DNA from: Centroscyllium fabricii
Taxonomy: Eukaryota
Reading direction: 5' to 3'
Assembly: GCA_051313645.2 (NCBI GenBank)
Contig: JBNRSN020000018.1
Location: forward strand, 62,372,001-62,436,000
DNA length: 64,000 bases
Shown here: piece after piece, positions 13,616 through 25,921 of the stretch
How positions within the stretch are numbered: the stretch's first letter is position 1
Layout of the letters: each line of letters begins with the position of its first letter
Program-made: the position numbers and the translations under genes
The notes under the pieces: model-generated
The model's database searches: none
Seen by the model: only the letters and a program-made list of their open reading frames with translations
What the model was told of the DNA's origin: nothing

Positions 13616-13888
13616 TGTTTTTATTAGTACTACAATGTAACACTGGGGAAGAAAATAATTGAGTTGAGGTCAGTGTAGTGAGAAAAGCAAATCATATTAA
13701 ATGGTTTCATTACAACTGTTGGGTGTTGTCGGTGTGTTTTAAAACATTTCTGTAGCAATTTGGGGGTATAAACTACTTTGTGTATAATAATAGATTATTT
13801 TAGTTGTTAACTTGACTTTCACATGCCTAATAACAGTTGCAACACAATTGCTGGAAATAGTAGCGAATAGTAAATCTGTCCTTTGCAG

Positions 13889-13964
13889 ATATTTGTCTGA
13901 ATTATGTGGTATAGGATCAAGTGTGCTGGGATTAAACCGAGGAAGTTCAACACCTTTCCCCACA
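13889..13964 (+). CDS. TUBGCP6: TUBGCP6 coding exon
   Basis: ttgcag| (R)YLSELCGIGSSVLGLNRGSSTPFPT |gtgagt; phase consistent. Confidence 0.93.
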
Positions 13965-14039
13965 GTGAGTACTATGCTTTTTTTTTGCTCTCAATGTTCT
14001 TTCTCTTCCTCTTCTGAGGATGTTGCCGCCTTGCTTGGG

Positions 14040-14330
14040 GTCATTTTCCACAAGCAGTAGTTTCCCACCAGTACTTTGTCCATGTCGGACTGAGAGTACC
14101 AGCTGGCCATTCAAATGTGTGATAAACCCTGCCAAGCCTAACCCTGCCCTCCTATAGGGCACGTGCATGCATATATAGATTCACACACAATTCCAGCAAG
14201 AGTCACTCACTAGTGACCAGGAACAGGAACTGTGGCCTTTTGTTATTTTTCTTCCTTTCATAACCTGGGAATACATACAAATTGTCGCAGTCCATTGCCA
14301 CCTTGGCTAAGTTCATGAAATTCAGCACTA
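14040..14330 (-). mobile_element. Ancient Deu-domain SINE-like remnant
   Basis: ccagcaagagtcactcactagtgaccaggaacaggaactgtggc resembles the recalled AmnSINE1/SacSINE1-type core; similar heads at ~21900-22060 and ~24470-24660. Confidence 0.45.
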
Positions 14331-14376
14331 AGTATCTGTTCTCCTGTTGTTGAAGGTCATTGGCAGATAAGTATTA

Positions 14377-14767
14377 CAGGTCAGGAACTGTTAATCCGGC
14401 ACCGGCGGGACCAGGCCAGTGCTGGACTACTGAAAAATCCAAACGATTGAAGCTTCGGCGAGCGCATGCGTAGACCATTCAAAATGGCCGCAGTGAAGGT
14501 TGGTGGCCATTTTGAATGGTCTGCGCATGCGCTCGCCGAAATCAATCATTCGGAGAGAGGCCCGAACATGCGCAGCCAAGCGCAGCAGCCATTTTGCACA
14601 TGCGCAGCGGCCATTTTGCGCATGCGCAGACCAGTCGGGGAGAGGCCCGGGCATGTGCAGCCAAGCGCGGTGGCCATTTTGCACATGTGCAGACCAGTCG
14701 TCCGGATTTGTTCCGGACGACTGAAGTTTTCGGATTACCGGTGTTCGGATTAACGGCGCTGGACCTG
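14377..14767. mobile_element. TA-target MITE (caggt..gcaccgttaatccgg family)
   Basis: Imperfect TIRs, TA TSD, internal GCGCATGCGC and AAAATGGC repeats. Confidence 0.85.
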
Positions 14768-15155
14768 TACCTTGAATCAGTTGGTAGTACTCTCGGCTGA
14801 GTCTGAAGGTTATGAGTTTAATCGGTTATGAAGTCGCTGTGTGTCGTGGCTGCACAGTGGTTGCTTGAAAGAAAGAACTACTTGCATTTACAAAGTGCTT
14901 CATGGCTAATGAAGTACCTTTTGAAGTGTAGCCGGTGTAATATAGAAGAATCCTATCGACAGGAAATCATCAAGCTGCTTATACTAGGAACATTGAGGGT
15001 TAGGGGATGGGGTGGTGGAGGCAAAATGTTTGACCCTGGGTTCTGAGGTTAGTTAAGGATGAACTGGTGGGAGGAATCCTCTATGCTTTTCGTCATGTTG
15101 GTTGGGACTTGTGTCCAATGGGTGGGCTTCTGCACTGCGAGCATAATTTGTGTTA

Positions 15156-15823
15156 AGCCCCGCTTTCACTGGAGGCCAAGAATATCAAGAATCGTCACGT
15201 ATCGAAATTCGTGGCGATTCGGCAAAAAATGTGAAAATTCGTGGTGGATTCGGGAGGAGCTACGAATCCACTACGAATTGATTACGAATTATTCGTGCCG
15301 AATGTCAAGAATGGTTTAAGAAACAAGTACGAATTCAAAGAATCAGGTAAGAATTTAACGAACTCACTTACGAATGTGCCGAATTACTGTACGAATCCAC
15401 TACGACCGATTCGTACTTGATTCGTACTTGATTCGTGGACATTCGTGCCTGTTTCGTGATGTATTCGGTGTGGGTCCACGAATTTGAGGGAGTCAAGAAT
15501 GCCCAAGAATAGACAAGAATGCAGAAGAAGCGATTAAGAAACGGTTAAGAAGGATAAGAAAGGGTTAAGAACGATAAGAAAGGGTCACGAATTGTTTAGG
15601 AATCTATCACGAATTTGACATTCGTTAACCCTCCCACGAAATTTTTTGACAAACAAAAACTTTCTTGAAAAATCAAAGAAATCACGCGAACTTACGCGAA
15701 CTCTACGAATCCTCTACGAATCAACCACGAATCGGTTACGAATTGCAAGAATTACCCACGAATCGGACAAATTTCAGATTCGGGACGATTCGGCAATTCG
15801 TAGCCTCCAGTGAAAGCGGGGCA
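15156..15823. mobile_element. PIF/Harbinger-type MITE
   Basis: Perfect 20-bp TIR gccccgctttcactggaggc, TTA TSD on both sides, interior built of acgaat/aagaat/attcgt hexamers. Confidence 0.9.
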
Positions 15824-16458
15824 TTACATCTGTCTCCAAGAATGGGACCCACGCTTCGTGGTGTCTCCCCAGTTCCAGGCAGAGGCCAAACATCACTCAC
15901 TGGCAAATGTTTCCGCTGTGTTTTTATTGTGGATGGGGCTACACTCCACCGTGGGGAGAGAGGCATCTTTTTGCAGGTAGTAGCGAAAGTCGCGCAAGCC
16001 TACTCATTCTCGGGAAGCCTTTCTCTTCAGTGGGCAGGCCAGAAAGCACTGAGTTAGGTCCTCTGGGATCCTGAGACCAGTCATGTTCTTGCCAATATCC
16101 TTGACTACTGTCCAAAGTGTTGTATGCTGGGGGCAGAATATGATGTGGTATGTGCCATGTATGGTTTTGAATTGGCCTTCCTGTATTTTGCTGTAGGTGA
16201 TGGTGTTTTGGGCCAGACTCTACTTTTTGCCATTCCGGATACCTCAATGGTTGACTCAGGCCACATTCCCAGGTATCCATTAGGCTTTCTATTCCATTTT
16301 TGGTCATGGAGGTAAGAATATCACACAGGGTAGAAACTTGACATAGAGGGAGTGCACCGAAGGTTCACGAGATTGATTCCTGGGATGGTGGGACTGTTGT
16401 ATGAGAAGAGACTGAGTAAACTAGGCCTGTAATTTCTTTACTTGTTTTGTTTTATCAG

Positions 16459-16568
16459 GGAGTAAAACTGTTGTCTTACTTGTACAAGGAAGCTCTGAAT
16501 AACTGTAGCAATGAACACTATCCAGTGCTGCTCTCTCTATTGAAAAACAGCTGTGAACCATATACAAG
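16459..16568 (+). CDS. TUBGCP6: TUBGCP6 coding exon
   Basis: atcag| GVKLLSYLYKEALNNCSNEHYPVLLSLLKNSCEPYT(R) |gtgaac. Confidence 0.95.
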
Positions 16569-16678
16569 GTGAACAATAATATAATTGGAATTTCATTGTC
16601 TTACCTCAATTAATGCAATTTGTCGTGCAGTTTCTTATTGCTCTGTTTCCATGAATAAATATGGTTATTATTTTGTAG

Positions 16679-16770
16679 GTTTGTCTATGACTGGGTTTAC
16701 AGTGGTATTTGCAGAGATGCTTATGGGGAGTTCATGATACAGGTGAATGAGGATTACCTTAATTTCAGAG
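16679..16770 (+). CDS. TUBGCP6: TUBGCP6 coding exon
   Basis: tgtag| FVYDWVYSGICRDAYGEFMIQVNEDYLNFR(D) |gtatgg. Confidence 0.95.
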
Positions 16771-16939
16771 GTATGGCAGCGTAAGTCAAAATGTGCATAA
16801 TATATTTTTTTAAATGACTGCAACTTTCTTGCAATTTAAGTTTAATTACTGCATTAATGGATAATTTGCCGGAGTATCCCTGTTCTGTGATACTTGGGGA
16901 CTGCTGTGGCACTTCAGAGGTTTTTGTCTTGCAAAGGGG

Positions 16940-17326
16940 ATAGAAACATAGAAACATGGAGCAGGAGTAGGCCATTCGGCCCTTCGAGCCTGCTCCGCCA
17001 TTCAATGAGATCATGGCTGATCATCCAAACCCACTACCCCGCCCCTGCCCTCTCCCCATATCCCTATCGAGCCTGCATGGACACATATCCCACCCTATCC
17101 CCGTAACCCCACCTATTCAATCGCCCTAACACTAAGGGTCAATTTATATTGGCCAATCAACCTAACCCGCACATCTTTGGACTGTGGGAGGAAACCGGAG
17201 CACCCGGAGGAAACCCACGCAGACACGGGGAGAATGTGCAAACTCCACACAGATAGTACCCAAGGCTGGATTTGAACCCGGGTCTCCAGTGCTGTGAGGC
17301 AACAATGCTAACCACTGTGCCACCGA
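16940..17326 (-). mobile_element. V-SINE
   Basis: Near identical to 1772-2147 and 62506-62899. Confidence 0.92.
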
Positions 17327-17367
17327 TAGGCTGCCTTTTTCATTGTGTTTTCTTCCACTGAGAATCA

Positions 17368-17612
17368 TTGGAATGATACAGCACAGAAGGAGGCCATTCG
17401 GCCCATCAAGTCTGCGCTGGCTCTTCCAAAGAGCGATCTGATTAGCCCCACTCCCCTGCTCTTTTCCCAGAGTTCATCAATTGTTTCCACTTCAAGTATT
17501 TATCCAATTCCCTTTTGAAAGTTATTATTGAATCTGCTCCCCCCACCCTTCCAGGCCGTGCATTCCAGATCACAACAGCTCGCTGCGTGAATTTGTTTTC
17601 TCTCACATCCCC
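17368..17612 (-). mobile_element. CR1 3' end fragment
   Basis: gatacagcacagaaggaggccattcggcccatc tail and decayed C-terminal coding. Confidence 0.7.
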
Positions 17613-18258
17613 TCTAGGTGCCTGACAATTCTTCTTTAGTGATTCAGCGGCGATTGTTTTCTTGTTTGCGGGTTTTTGGGGTCATCTGTAATTTTAATTT
17701 TGAAGTGAGCTCTATGATTATCTATCACTGCTTGGGGAAAAGAAGGACAAATACCCAGTCTGGTGTTTGTGGCTCTAGGATCTGCTGCCCTAACTGTTCC
17801 TCTATAGGTGGAGGAGGGATGGCGAGCAACAGTAGAATTTGTTAACCGGTTGCAACCTTGCTGGGTCCCCTGATTCTGGGGGATGATATTCCTTTGTTTT
17901 TCTTCTATGATGCTTTGAAGTATAAAGTATAGAAATTAGTTTTACTGGATGCATGGTTTTTTTTTCGCTGTTAATTTTCTTGTTTAAAAAAATATGCTGA
18001 GGTTAACATTCTTCAATATAACAACTTTTGATTTCATTAGATCGGGTATTTCTTATCCCTTGCGTCTGATGGTGAGCCACGTGGACCAGTAAATACATTT
18101 TTCTCCAAACTGATGGTGTGTGTGATGGTGTTCAGATACTTGCAGTTCTTCAGAACAGCTGTGGAGCTTTGGATAAAAACCTAATAAAAAAAAAGAACAT
18201 GTTTACTGAAAATAAATCTTCAATCCACTCAATCATTGTTTTAAAATGTATTTACCAG

Positions 18259-18398
18259 ATAAACACTACTGGACCCATGGATATGTTCTAGCTTCCAAAG
18301 AGGTTGAAGAGAGTGTCCCCCTTTTCCTTGCTCATGTGGCTTATGACATCTACATCTGTGGAAAGACTATTAACTTATTGAAACTGTGCTGCCCAACG
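18259..18398 (+). CDS. TUBGCP6: TUBGCP6 coding exon
   Basis: accag| KHYWTHGYVLASKEVEESVPLFLAHVAYDIYICGKTINLLKLCCPT |gtacgc. Confidence 0.95.
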
Positions 18399-18944
18399 GT
18401 ACGCTGCTGTTTTTGAAAGTGCCTTCTATAAAATGGGCAAGTTACTGTTTCTAGTACAGATTTTGTGTTTACAGTAATGATTTACCATTGCTGGTTTATG
18501 CGTCTTGTGCTGGTTTATGGGTCTTGTACATGCCGCTGATGGAGCTCTTTTGCAACTTCCCTTGCATTTTATTCCTGACGTGCTTTCTTCCAGCTCTTCT
18601 GCCCTAGGTTCATCTGTCCTTCTATTGGTCTTTGGTTCTTGTGCCTTTTTATTTTCTGGCTCTCCTTCCCCACTAGTTCCACTGTGAACTAACTGGATGT
18701 GAGACTCTCAAACACAGATTGAGCTGCCAGTGTCGCTGAACCTTGAAGAACTACCCCATTAAAGATGTTAAACTGACACCTGAATTATCCTTTCCCCCAC
18801 CCGTATCCCAGATACAACACTGGGTAATGTTAGAATGAAATGGACAACAAGAGCAGTTAAACTTTTTTTTAAACTAATGGCAGGACATGTGGCTGTAAAC
18901 AAATTGTACATTAAGATTGTGGTTTCTACAAAAGGAGCCAACCA

Positions 18945-19645
18945 GTTACATAGTCACTGAAGGTGGAAATGCAGGTATAGCAGGCAGTTAAAGCAAATGG
19001 CATGTTGGCCTTCATAGCGAGGGGATTTGAGTACAGGAGTAGGGAGGTGTTGCTACAGATGTACAGGGCCTTGGTGAGGCCACACCTGGAGTATTGTGTG
19101 CAGTTTTGGTGGTCTAACTTGAGGAAGGACATTCTTGCTATTGAGGGAGTGCAGCGAAGGTTTACTAGATTGATTCCTGGGATAGCCGGACTGACATATC
19201 AAGAAAGACTGGATCAACTGAACTTGTACTCTCTGGAGTTCAGAAGAATGAGGGGGGATCTCATAGAAATGTTTAAAATACTGACCGCTTTAGACAGGTT
19301 AGATGCGGACAGAATGTTCCCAATGTTGGGGAAGTCCAGAACCAGGGGGCACAGACTAAGGATAAGGGGTAAGCCATTTAGGACCGAGATGAGGAGAAAC
19401 TTCTTCACCCAGAGAGTGGTGAACCTGTGGAATTCTCTACCACAGAAAGTTGTTGAGGCCAGTTCACTAAATATATTCAAAAAGGAGTTAGATGTAATAC
19501 TTACAACTAGGGGGATCAAGGGATATGGCGAGAAAGCAGGAACGGGGTACTGATGTAGCATGTTCAGCCATGAACGTGTTGAATGGCAGTGCAGGCTCGA
19601 AGGGCCGAATGGTCTACTCCTGCACCTATTTTCTATGTTTCTATA
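18945..19645 (+). mobile_element. CR1 3' fragment
   Basis: ORF 19002-19553 LVRPHLEYCVQFW...RRNFFTQRVVNLWNSLP; (tatgtttc)n tail. Confidence 0.92.
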
Positions 19646-19684
19646 GCCCTTTGTCATTGGTGTGTTTTCCAGAACCCACCTCTT

Positions 19685-20270
19685 AATAGGATATACGGCA
19701 CAGAAACAGGCCATTCTGCCCAACCAGTCCATGCCGGTGTTTAAGCTCCACTCGAGCCTCTTCCTGTCTTCCCTCATCTAACGATCAGCATAACCCTCGA
19801 TTCCCTTCTCCCTCATAAGCTTATCGAACAGCCCCTTAAATGCAGCTAGACTATTTGCTTCAACCACTCCCTGTGGTAGCGAGTTCCACATTCTCAGCAC
19901 CTTTTGGGTAAAGAGGTTTCTTCTGAATTCCCTATTGGATTTCTTGGTGACTATCTTATATTGATGGCCTCTAGTTATGCTCTTCCCCACAAGTGGAAAC
20001 ATTCTCTCTCTATCCACTCTATCAAAATTTTTCATAATTTTAAAGACCTCTATTAGGTCACCCCTCAGCCTTTTTTCAAGAGAAAAGAGACCCAGCCGGT
20101 TCATCCTTTCCTGATATGTATATCCTCGCATTTCTGGTATCATCCTTGTTGCCTATATATATATATATAATATATCCTTTTTGTAATATGGCGACCAGAA
20201 GTATACGCAGTAAGTGTGGTCTAACCAAGGTTCGATATGCGTTTAGCATAACTTCCCTACTTTTCACATC
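19685..20270 (-). mobile_element. CR1 3' fragment, tail-to-tail with the previous copy
   Basis: ORF 19778-20143 GLFSLEKRLRGDLIEVFKIM...WNSLP. Confidence 0.88.
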
Positions 20271-21229
20271 TTCCTGATGTCTGTCTAGTGTGTAACTGTA
20301 ACTATTTCATTTTAACACTGCAAAAGTATTCACAAAGCACAGACATCTATGTAGTAATGAAAGGATAAGAGCAGTCATCACACCTGAACAGTTAAAGATA
20401 GAGTTTCCGCTTTGGGCCCAATCTGCGATTCCCGCACACATTGTACCTGTTTGGAAAAGTGTGTTTTTGCTCCGAGTTTCCGCTCAAATATTGCCAAATG
20501 CAAAATCTGTCATGTACCAGTGCAATCGGATAGCGATTTAAAACATCATTAATTAAAAAAATATATATTCTTGCATTAAAAAATATTCCGTGACGTATTT
20601 AAGAGTGGTAACTTGGTAAAGTTTGATTAATACAGCTGAAAATGGATTTATTGCAAAAAATAAGCATTTTAAATCAGTGTCAATCCACCACCTGTGAGTA
20701 ACCCGATTTTTAAATTACTGAAAATTACTTTCAAAAAAATATATACAAAACTATTTTCTAGTTAGATTGGGGTACAGTAATGAGTTCCTTAGTAAATTAA
20801 AAAAACATTTCATTCAAACCCTTTTAAAACGTACCTATTAGAGTCCTTGTGCCCAAAAGCCTCAGTTTCATTTTTGGAGCCTCCTCGTAGGCCTGCAGAC
20901 GAGCGCAATTAGCGGAAACTCCCGCTGGCATGGCCAGTTTTGTGGGCAGGGTCTTTCAAGATCAGTAGATTTCAATAACATTGATTTATTTGCTGAGAAA
21001 AAGGCAAGAAAAGCACCATTATATTGAAAGACTTAAAATTTAACGTAATGTTTTTAAAACTAGCACAAAGATGGTGGAAACTCAAGTTGCGTTGAATGCA
21101 ATTTTTGCTTAAAATTCTGCAATCTTTGTACATTCTGCCGTGTTTCATCACATAAATTATAAACTACAACTCTGACGCTACTGTATGTATGTTCACTGGT
21201 TCCATAATTCTTTTACGAAAGGAATGAAA

Positions 21230-21832
21230 AATTTTGATGACAGAACATCAGATTTCTTTAACAATATTTTTACTAAAACTATGATCATGAATTTTCTTGA
21301 ACTTTCTTAGTGAAAGGTGCTTTTCATATTGTGAATAAAAAAATATTTATTTTTATTCTATTTACAAAGAAAAGCATTGACCAAGTGCCTCCTCATTTAC
21401 TAAATACACTGCATGACTTCCCTCTTCAGAGCCTCTTCCCCAGCCTGAGTATTGTACTTCACATATTTTGATGCATACCAGCATTTGTGTTCAGCGCAGA
21501 AAGATCATTTCGTGTGTTTAAATGTGTGAAGAACTACCACAACTATGGGTCAGTGAAGACTTAATGGCTTAGCAACTCTTGCCATTGAAAGTGATCTAGC
21601 AAGATCAGTAGATTTCAATAACATTGATTTATTTGCTGAGAAAAAGGCAAGAAAAGCACCATTATAAATTGAAAGACTTAAAATCAGTCCTACGGAAATT
21701 CAGAAACTTTTTATTCTAGTTTTTTTACTGTGTTTTTATCATCACTGGTCAGATTCATTCATAAACTTGGGACCCCCTGATTTTGGGGTTCTAGTACAGC
21801 TGTACCCACTGTCCCCCCTCTTGTCAGGGCTA
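21230..21832 (+). mobile_element. hAT transposase C-terminal (dimerisation domain) relic
   Basis: Decayed LFP...R.F...K..K...TMGQ.RLNGLATLAIESDLARSVDFN..IDLFAEKKARK. Confidence 0.65.
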
Positions 21833-22225
21833 TTCTAATGTCACGATCTTCACTGAGAAAGCAATTCAAACATGGACCCATTTGACCCCCCCCCCCCCAG
21901 CACGAACCTTGTCTAATTTATTTCAGCCAAATTAGCTGAGGCTAATTGCAGCATCTCCATTGGTGCCCTGGCTAAGATCGGGTAATTCAGCACAGCTCAG
22001 AAACTGAGCGTGGGACCTTCTGGTCTGTGGCTTAATGCTATATTGAATGATGCCTTTACCCATGTGTTAATCCATTTTAACATTTTCTCACTTTAAAAAA
22101 AAATTAATACTGAATTATTATGAAACAAATGTCCTTGCTGTTTAGTTTTGTTGATTACTTCAGGATTCTTCTGTGATTAATATAATGAAAACAACTCGTA
22201 TTTGTTGATGTTTGTCTTTTTAAAG

Positions 22226-22375
22226 CATTACATCTGCTGGTCTGATATTCCTGTTCCCCGCATCTCGGTCACCTTTTCCCTGGAGGAACTGGAGGAGATA
22301 GAAAAAGACGCTGCCCTTTATGTCAGTCGAATGGAAAGAATAGCTCGTTACAACTCCATCAGCAGAGAGGCAAAG
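22226..22375 (+). CDS. TUBGCP6: TUBGCP6 coding exon
   Basis: taaag| HYICWSDIPVPRISVTFSLEELEEIEKDAALYVSRMERIARYNSISREAK |gtgaat. Confidence 0.95.
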
Positions 22376-22821
22376 GTGAATCGAAATAAAACATCTCACT
22401 TCCCTATAGATTGTAAATTTGAGTTAACCGAGAGCATAGAATGTTTACCTTGATTTGAAAATTAATTTTTGTAGTTCTGTATAATGAGTGCCAAATGTTC
22501 TTGTATATAAACACACAAAAAATAATTTTGATTTGAAATTGTGTTCATAGTGTTTATATTTTCTGTACTACCTTCAAAATGAGAAAATTACAAACCTGCT
22601 ATTTTTAATGTTAGGACTCTGTTGGCACAGGAGCTCAGTAAATGTTATTGTAATAGATGCTCATGGTAACATTCTATAAGTAGTAACTAAAATTTATTGT
22701 CATATAATGAAAAGGTTTTTCCTCTTTTCATACTTGAAATGTTTTGTGGGAAGGGGTAATTTTAATGCCATTGGTGTTGTAGAAGCAACGGAATCTGCTA
22801 ATTAGAGGTCTAGAATTATTT

Positions 22822-22907
22822 AAAATAAAACGTTGGACTATAAACCTGGTGTTGTGTGACTTTTTGCATTTGTCCACCCCAGTCCAACACCGGCACCTCC
22901 ACATTAT
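22822..22907 (+). mobile_element. Penelope-type terminal fragment
   Basis: gttggactataaacctggtgttgtgtgac...ccaccccagtccaacaccggcacctccaca, same as 47235-47310; 11-bp TSD tagaattattt. Confidence 0.8.
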
Positions 22908-23340
22908 TAGAATTATTTTGAAATGATGCTGTGTTCCTGGTACCCTGGCGTGCTACAATGTTCAGTGTGAGCAAGCTGTAGCTGTGTCTTTCAACCCATT
23001 TCGTCAGGAAACATAAGGGACCATGAAAGATGCAGTAGACTCGCTACCATGCCTGTTACTGCATCTGTTCTGGTGGGTGACACTATCCCTATTGGCGCTG
23101 CATTAGATTACTGGTAAGATATACGCATCAGTCCGCCAGAGGAATGAGTGTAGGTTTCATTCAATCATTTTAAATACTTAGATCTTGGGCCACTCCTTTA
23201 TAACATTCTGAACTGTTTCTTTACTATTTAAAAAAATTGGAATTTGCATTTTCAAGACATTTTGGATGCAATTCTTCATGTGTAATATATTGCCTTTGGT
23301 TAGTCCATGTTACTGATGTAGCAATAATTTATTCTTCCAG

Positions 23341-23422
23341 AATCTGAGGAGGGAAATTGCTCAACAGGAGTTGATTGTCCAAGCTCAGCGGACAGCTACA
23401 AGAACCATGGCGACATATAGAA
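23341..23422 (+). CDS. TUBGCP6: TUBGCP6 coding exon
   Basis: ttccag| NLRREIAQQELIVQAQRTATRTMATYR |gtatgg; resembles human ELRMEIAKQELIAHAREAA. Confidence 0.9.
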
Positions 23423-23681
23423 GTATGGTTTGATTCGCAGTAGCACCAGATCTGTTCTCTGAACCACAAGCATCCAGAAGCAATCATTTATAGAGCATCA
23501 TTACACTATGCAATAATCTAGTTGTCATTTTCAAAATGGAATAATTACTTCTTTCATAATGGGTGCAGAGCTCAGCAGTTGCCACCAAGTCCAGGATTTG
23601 AGAATGAAGACTATTATTGACAGCGGTACATGCTGCCCATTTGTTAAATCAGAAATTTCTAGAAGTGGAGGGACCCTTCTA

Positions 23682-24372
23682 CAGGTACACAATCCTTTAT
23701 CTGAAAACCTCGAGACCGGGCGGTCTTCGGTTTTCGGATAATTTCGGTATTCAGGATGGTGCCCAGTGCGCATGTGCATTGTCGTGTTGGCGGCCGATTG
23801 CGCCTCTGAAACGGTAGGAGATTGTCTGCTAACAACAGAAAACGCTGGAGAAACTCAGCAGGCCAGGCAGCATCGGTTGAGAGAGGAGCAGAGTTGAAGT
23901 TTCAGGTGGAAGACCTTTTTTCAAAAGGAGTTTGTGGGCCATTGATACCGGGGTTCGGGCGCAGCGCTGTGCGAGGGAGGCTGCAGCGGCGGTCCGCAGA
24001 ACGGGGCCTAGCGCAGCTGCGGCCAGAGCCCCACGGGGCCACCAAGGGACCAGGAGGCGGAGAACGAGCCCGGCACTGGAGGGAAGTGCCGGGCTCAGCT
24101 GAGGGAGGGCTCACCCCGCCGGGAGAACCGGAGAATGAGCCCGGCACTCGGGGGAAGTGCCGGGCTCAGCTGAGGGAGGGCTCATCCTGAAGTTTTTACA
24201 TTTCCTATCGAGCAGTGCAAGGGATGGAATGGGAATGGAATACTTACTACACTGGTATGATTCAAATTAGCTTTCAAAACGGATCAGGTTTGGCGCAACT
24301 CGGGTTATTTCGAATTTTCGGTTTTTGGAGCTTTTCGGTTTTTGGATTTGCGGATAAAGGATTGTGTACCTG
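23682..24372. mobile_element. TA-target MITE (caggtacacaatcctttatc family)
   Basis: TIR caggtacacaatcctttatc / gataaaggattgtgtacctg, TA TSD; same family as 40609-41569. Confidence 0.88.
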
Positions 24373-25404
24373 TATTACCATAACAGTATAATAATAATTC
24401 ATATCAAAAGTTAACTTCTGTTATTTTTATTAAGTTTTCTATAAGCCTTTAAACTCAATTCTGAATGAACGTGTGGCACAGCTGCAGGGTAATTTGTCAA
24501 GAGCAATGATCCCTCGCCCCGCCCCCAAACCCACGGAGGTAATTGTAAAACTCAACTACTGCCAACTGAGATTATCCCAGCACAGCCGGGATCTGAACCT
24601 AGATCTTGGCCTGTGTGACTCCATGCCTAGCAGTGCAGTGCCATTTACCTCTAGGTAGCCAACAGAATTAATGGCGGTACATTTGCACCTTCACCACCTG
24701 GGGAGTAATCTGTTAGAGCGGAACACCCGCCTGTTGCAGCGGCCACTTGATTTTCATTTGATTGATTTCAATGGGATGAAAACCAGCGGTTTCTGCAATG
24801 GGTGGGCGATTTGCTCTTGTCAGTTTACTGCCCGGGCGGTGAAGTTGAAAATGACCCCCATAGACTAGACCGTTGGAACCATAGAAGCTCTTCCCTTAAA
24901 AGATGCAGTGATCCCTACCTCAGTTATGTCCTGTAGCAAAACATTCCATGCTATAACAACTCTCTGCTTAAGTAAACTTGTTCTCATCTCTCTTCAATCT
25001 TGGTGACTACGTTAAACTGCTGACTGCTCATCAGTGACTTCCCAACCAGAGGAAATAGTCTTTCACTGTTCACTCTATCAAAACCTTTCATGATTTTGAA
25101 AACCTCTATTAAGCCACTCTTGGCCTTTTCTGCTCTAGTGGGAATATCTCCAGTCTCCTCAAAATTATAAATATTTCATCCATGCTATCTGCGATATACA
25201 CATTCAGGTAATAGTAACAACTTGTAAATAAGCTGCAGTCAATTAGAGGTCATTAAATTGTAAATTTAAGGTTGCAGGTCAGAATCCAGAATGAAATCTC
25301 TTAAGTTTCTTTTCTTTAAAGATTATTTTGCATCTGTAACAAAGTTTGATGAAAGTGGTGTGAACAGCGCTCAAAGTATTTTAGCATCCTACTTTAATTA
25401 ACTA

Positions 25405-25921
25405 CAGGTTGGGCACCGTTAATCCGGCACCCGAAAAACCGGCAACTTCAGAGATCCGGCACAGATTTCCCTGAGTGGTCGGCGCATGCGCAAAATGGCC
25501 GCCGTGCTCTGCGCATGAGCAAAATGGCCACCGCGCCCAGGCCTTCCCGAACGATGAGCACATGCGCAGACCGAAGCTTCAATGTTAAAACTAAAGTTTC
25601 CTCCCAACCCACAAAAGGTGTGGCGTCTGGCCGCATAGTTTGTTAGCTTTCAACTTTGAAACTGAGGCAAGATGCATTTACAATGGAACAGAATTACTTT
25701 CTCTAAATTTAAAAAGTCTACCTTGGTATTGTCGCGAACGATCCCGGGCCTCCCCGAACGCTGAGTGCATGCGCAGACTATTCAAAATGGCCGCCGGCCT
25801 TTCGCAGTGGCCATTTCGAATGGTCTGCGCATGCGCTCACCGAAGCTTCAATCATTCGGAGTTTTCACACATTCGGCACGGTCTTGGTCCCGACCCTGCC
25901 GGATTAACGGTGCTCAACCTG
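25405..25921. mobile_element. TA-target MITE (caggttgagcaccgttaatccgg family)
   Basis: TIR caggttgggcaccgttaatccggca / tgccggattaacggtgctcaacctg, TA TSD. Confidence 0.9.
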
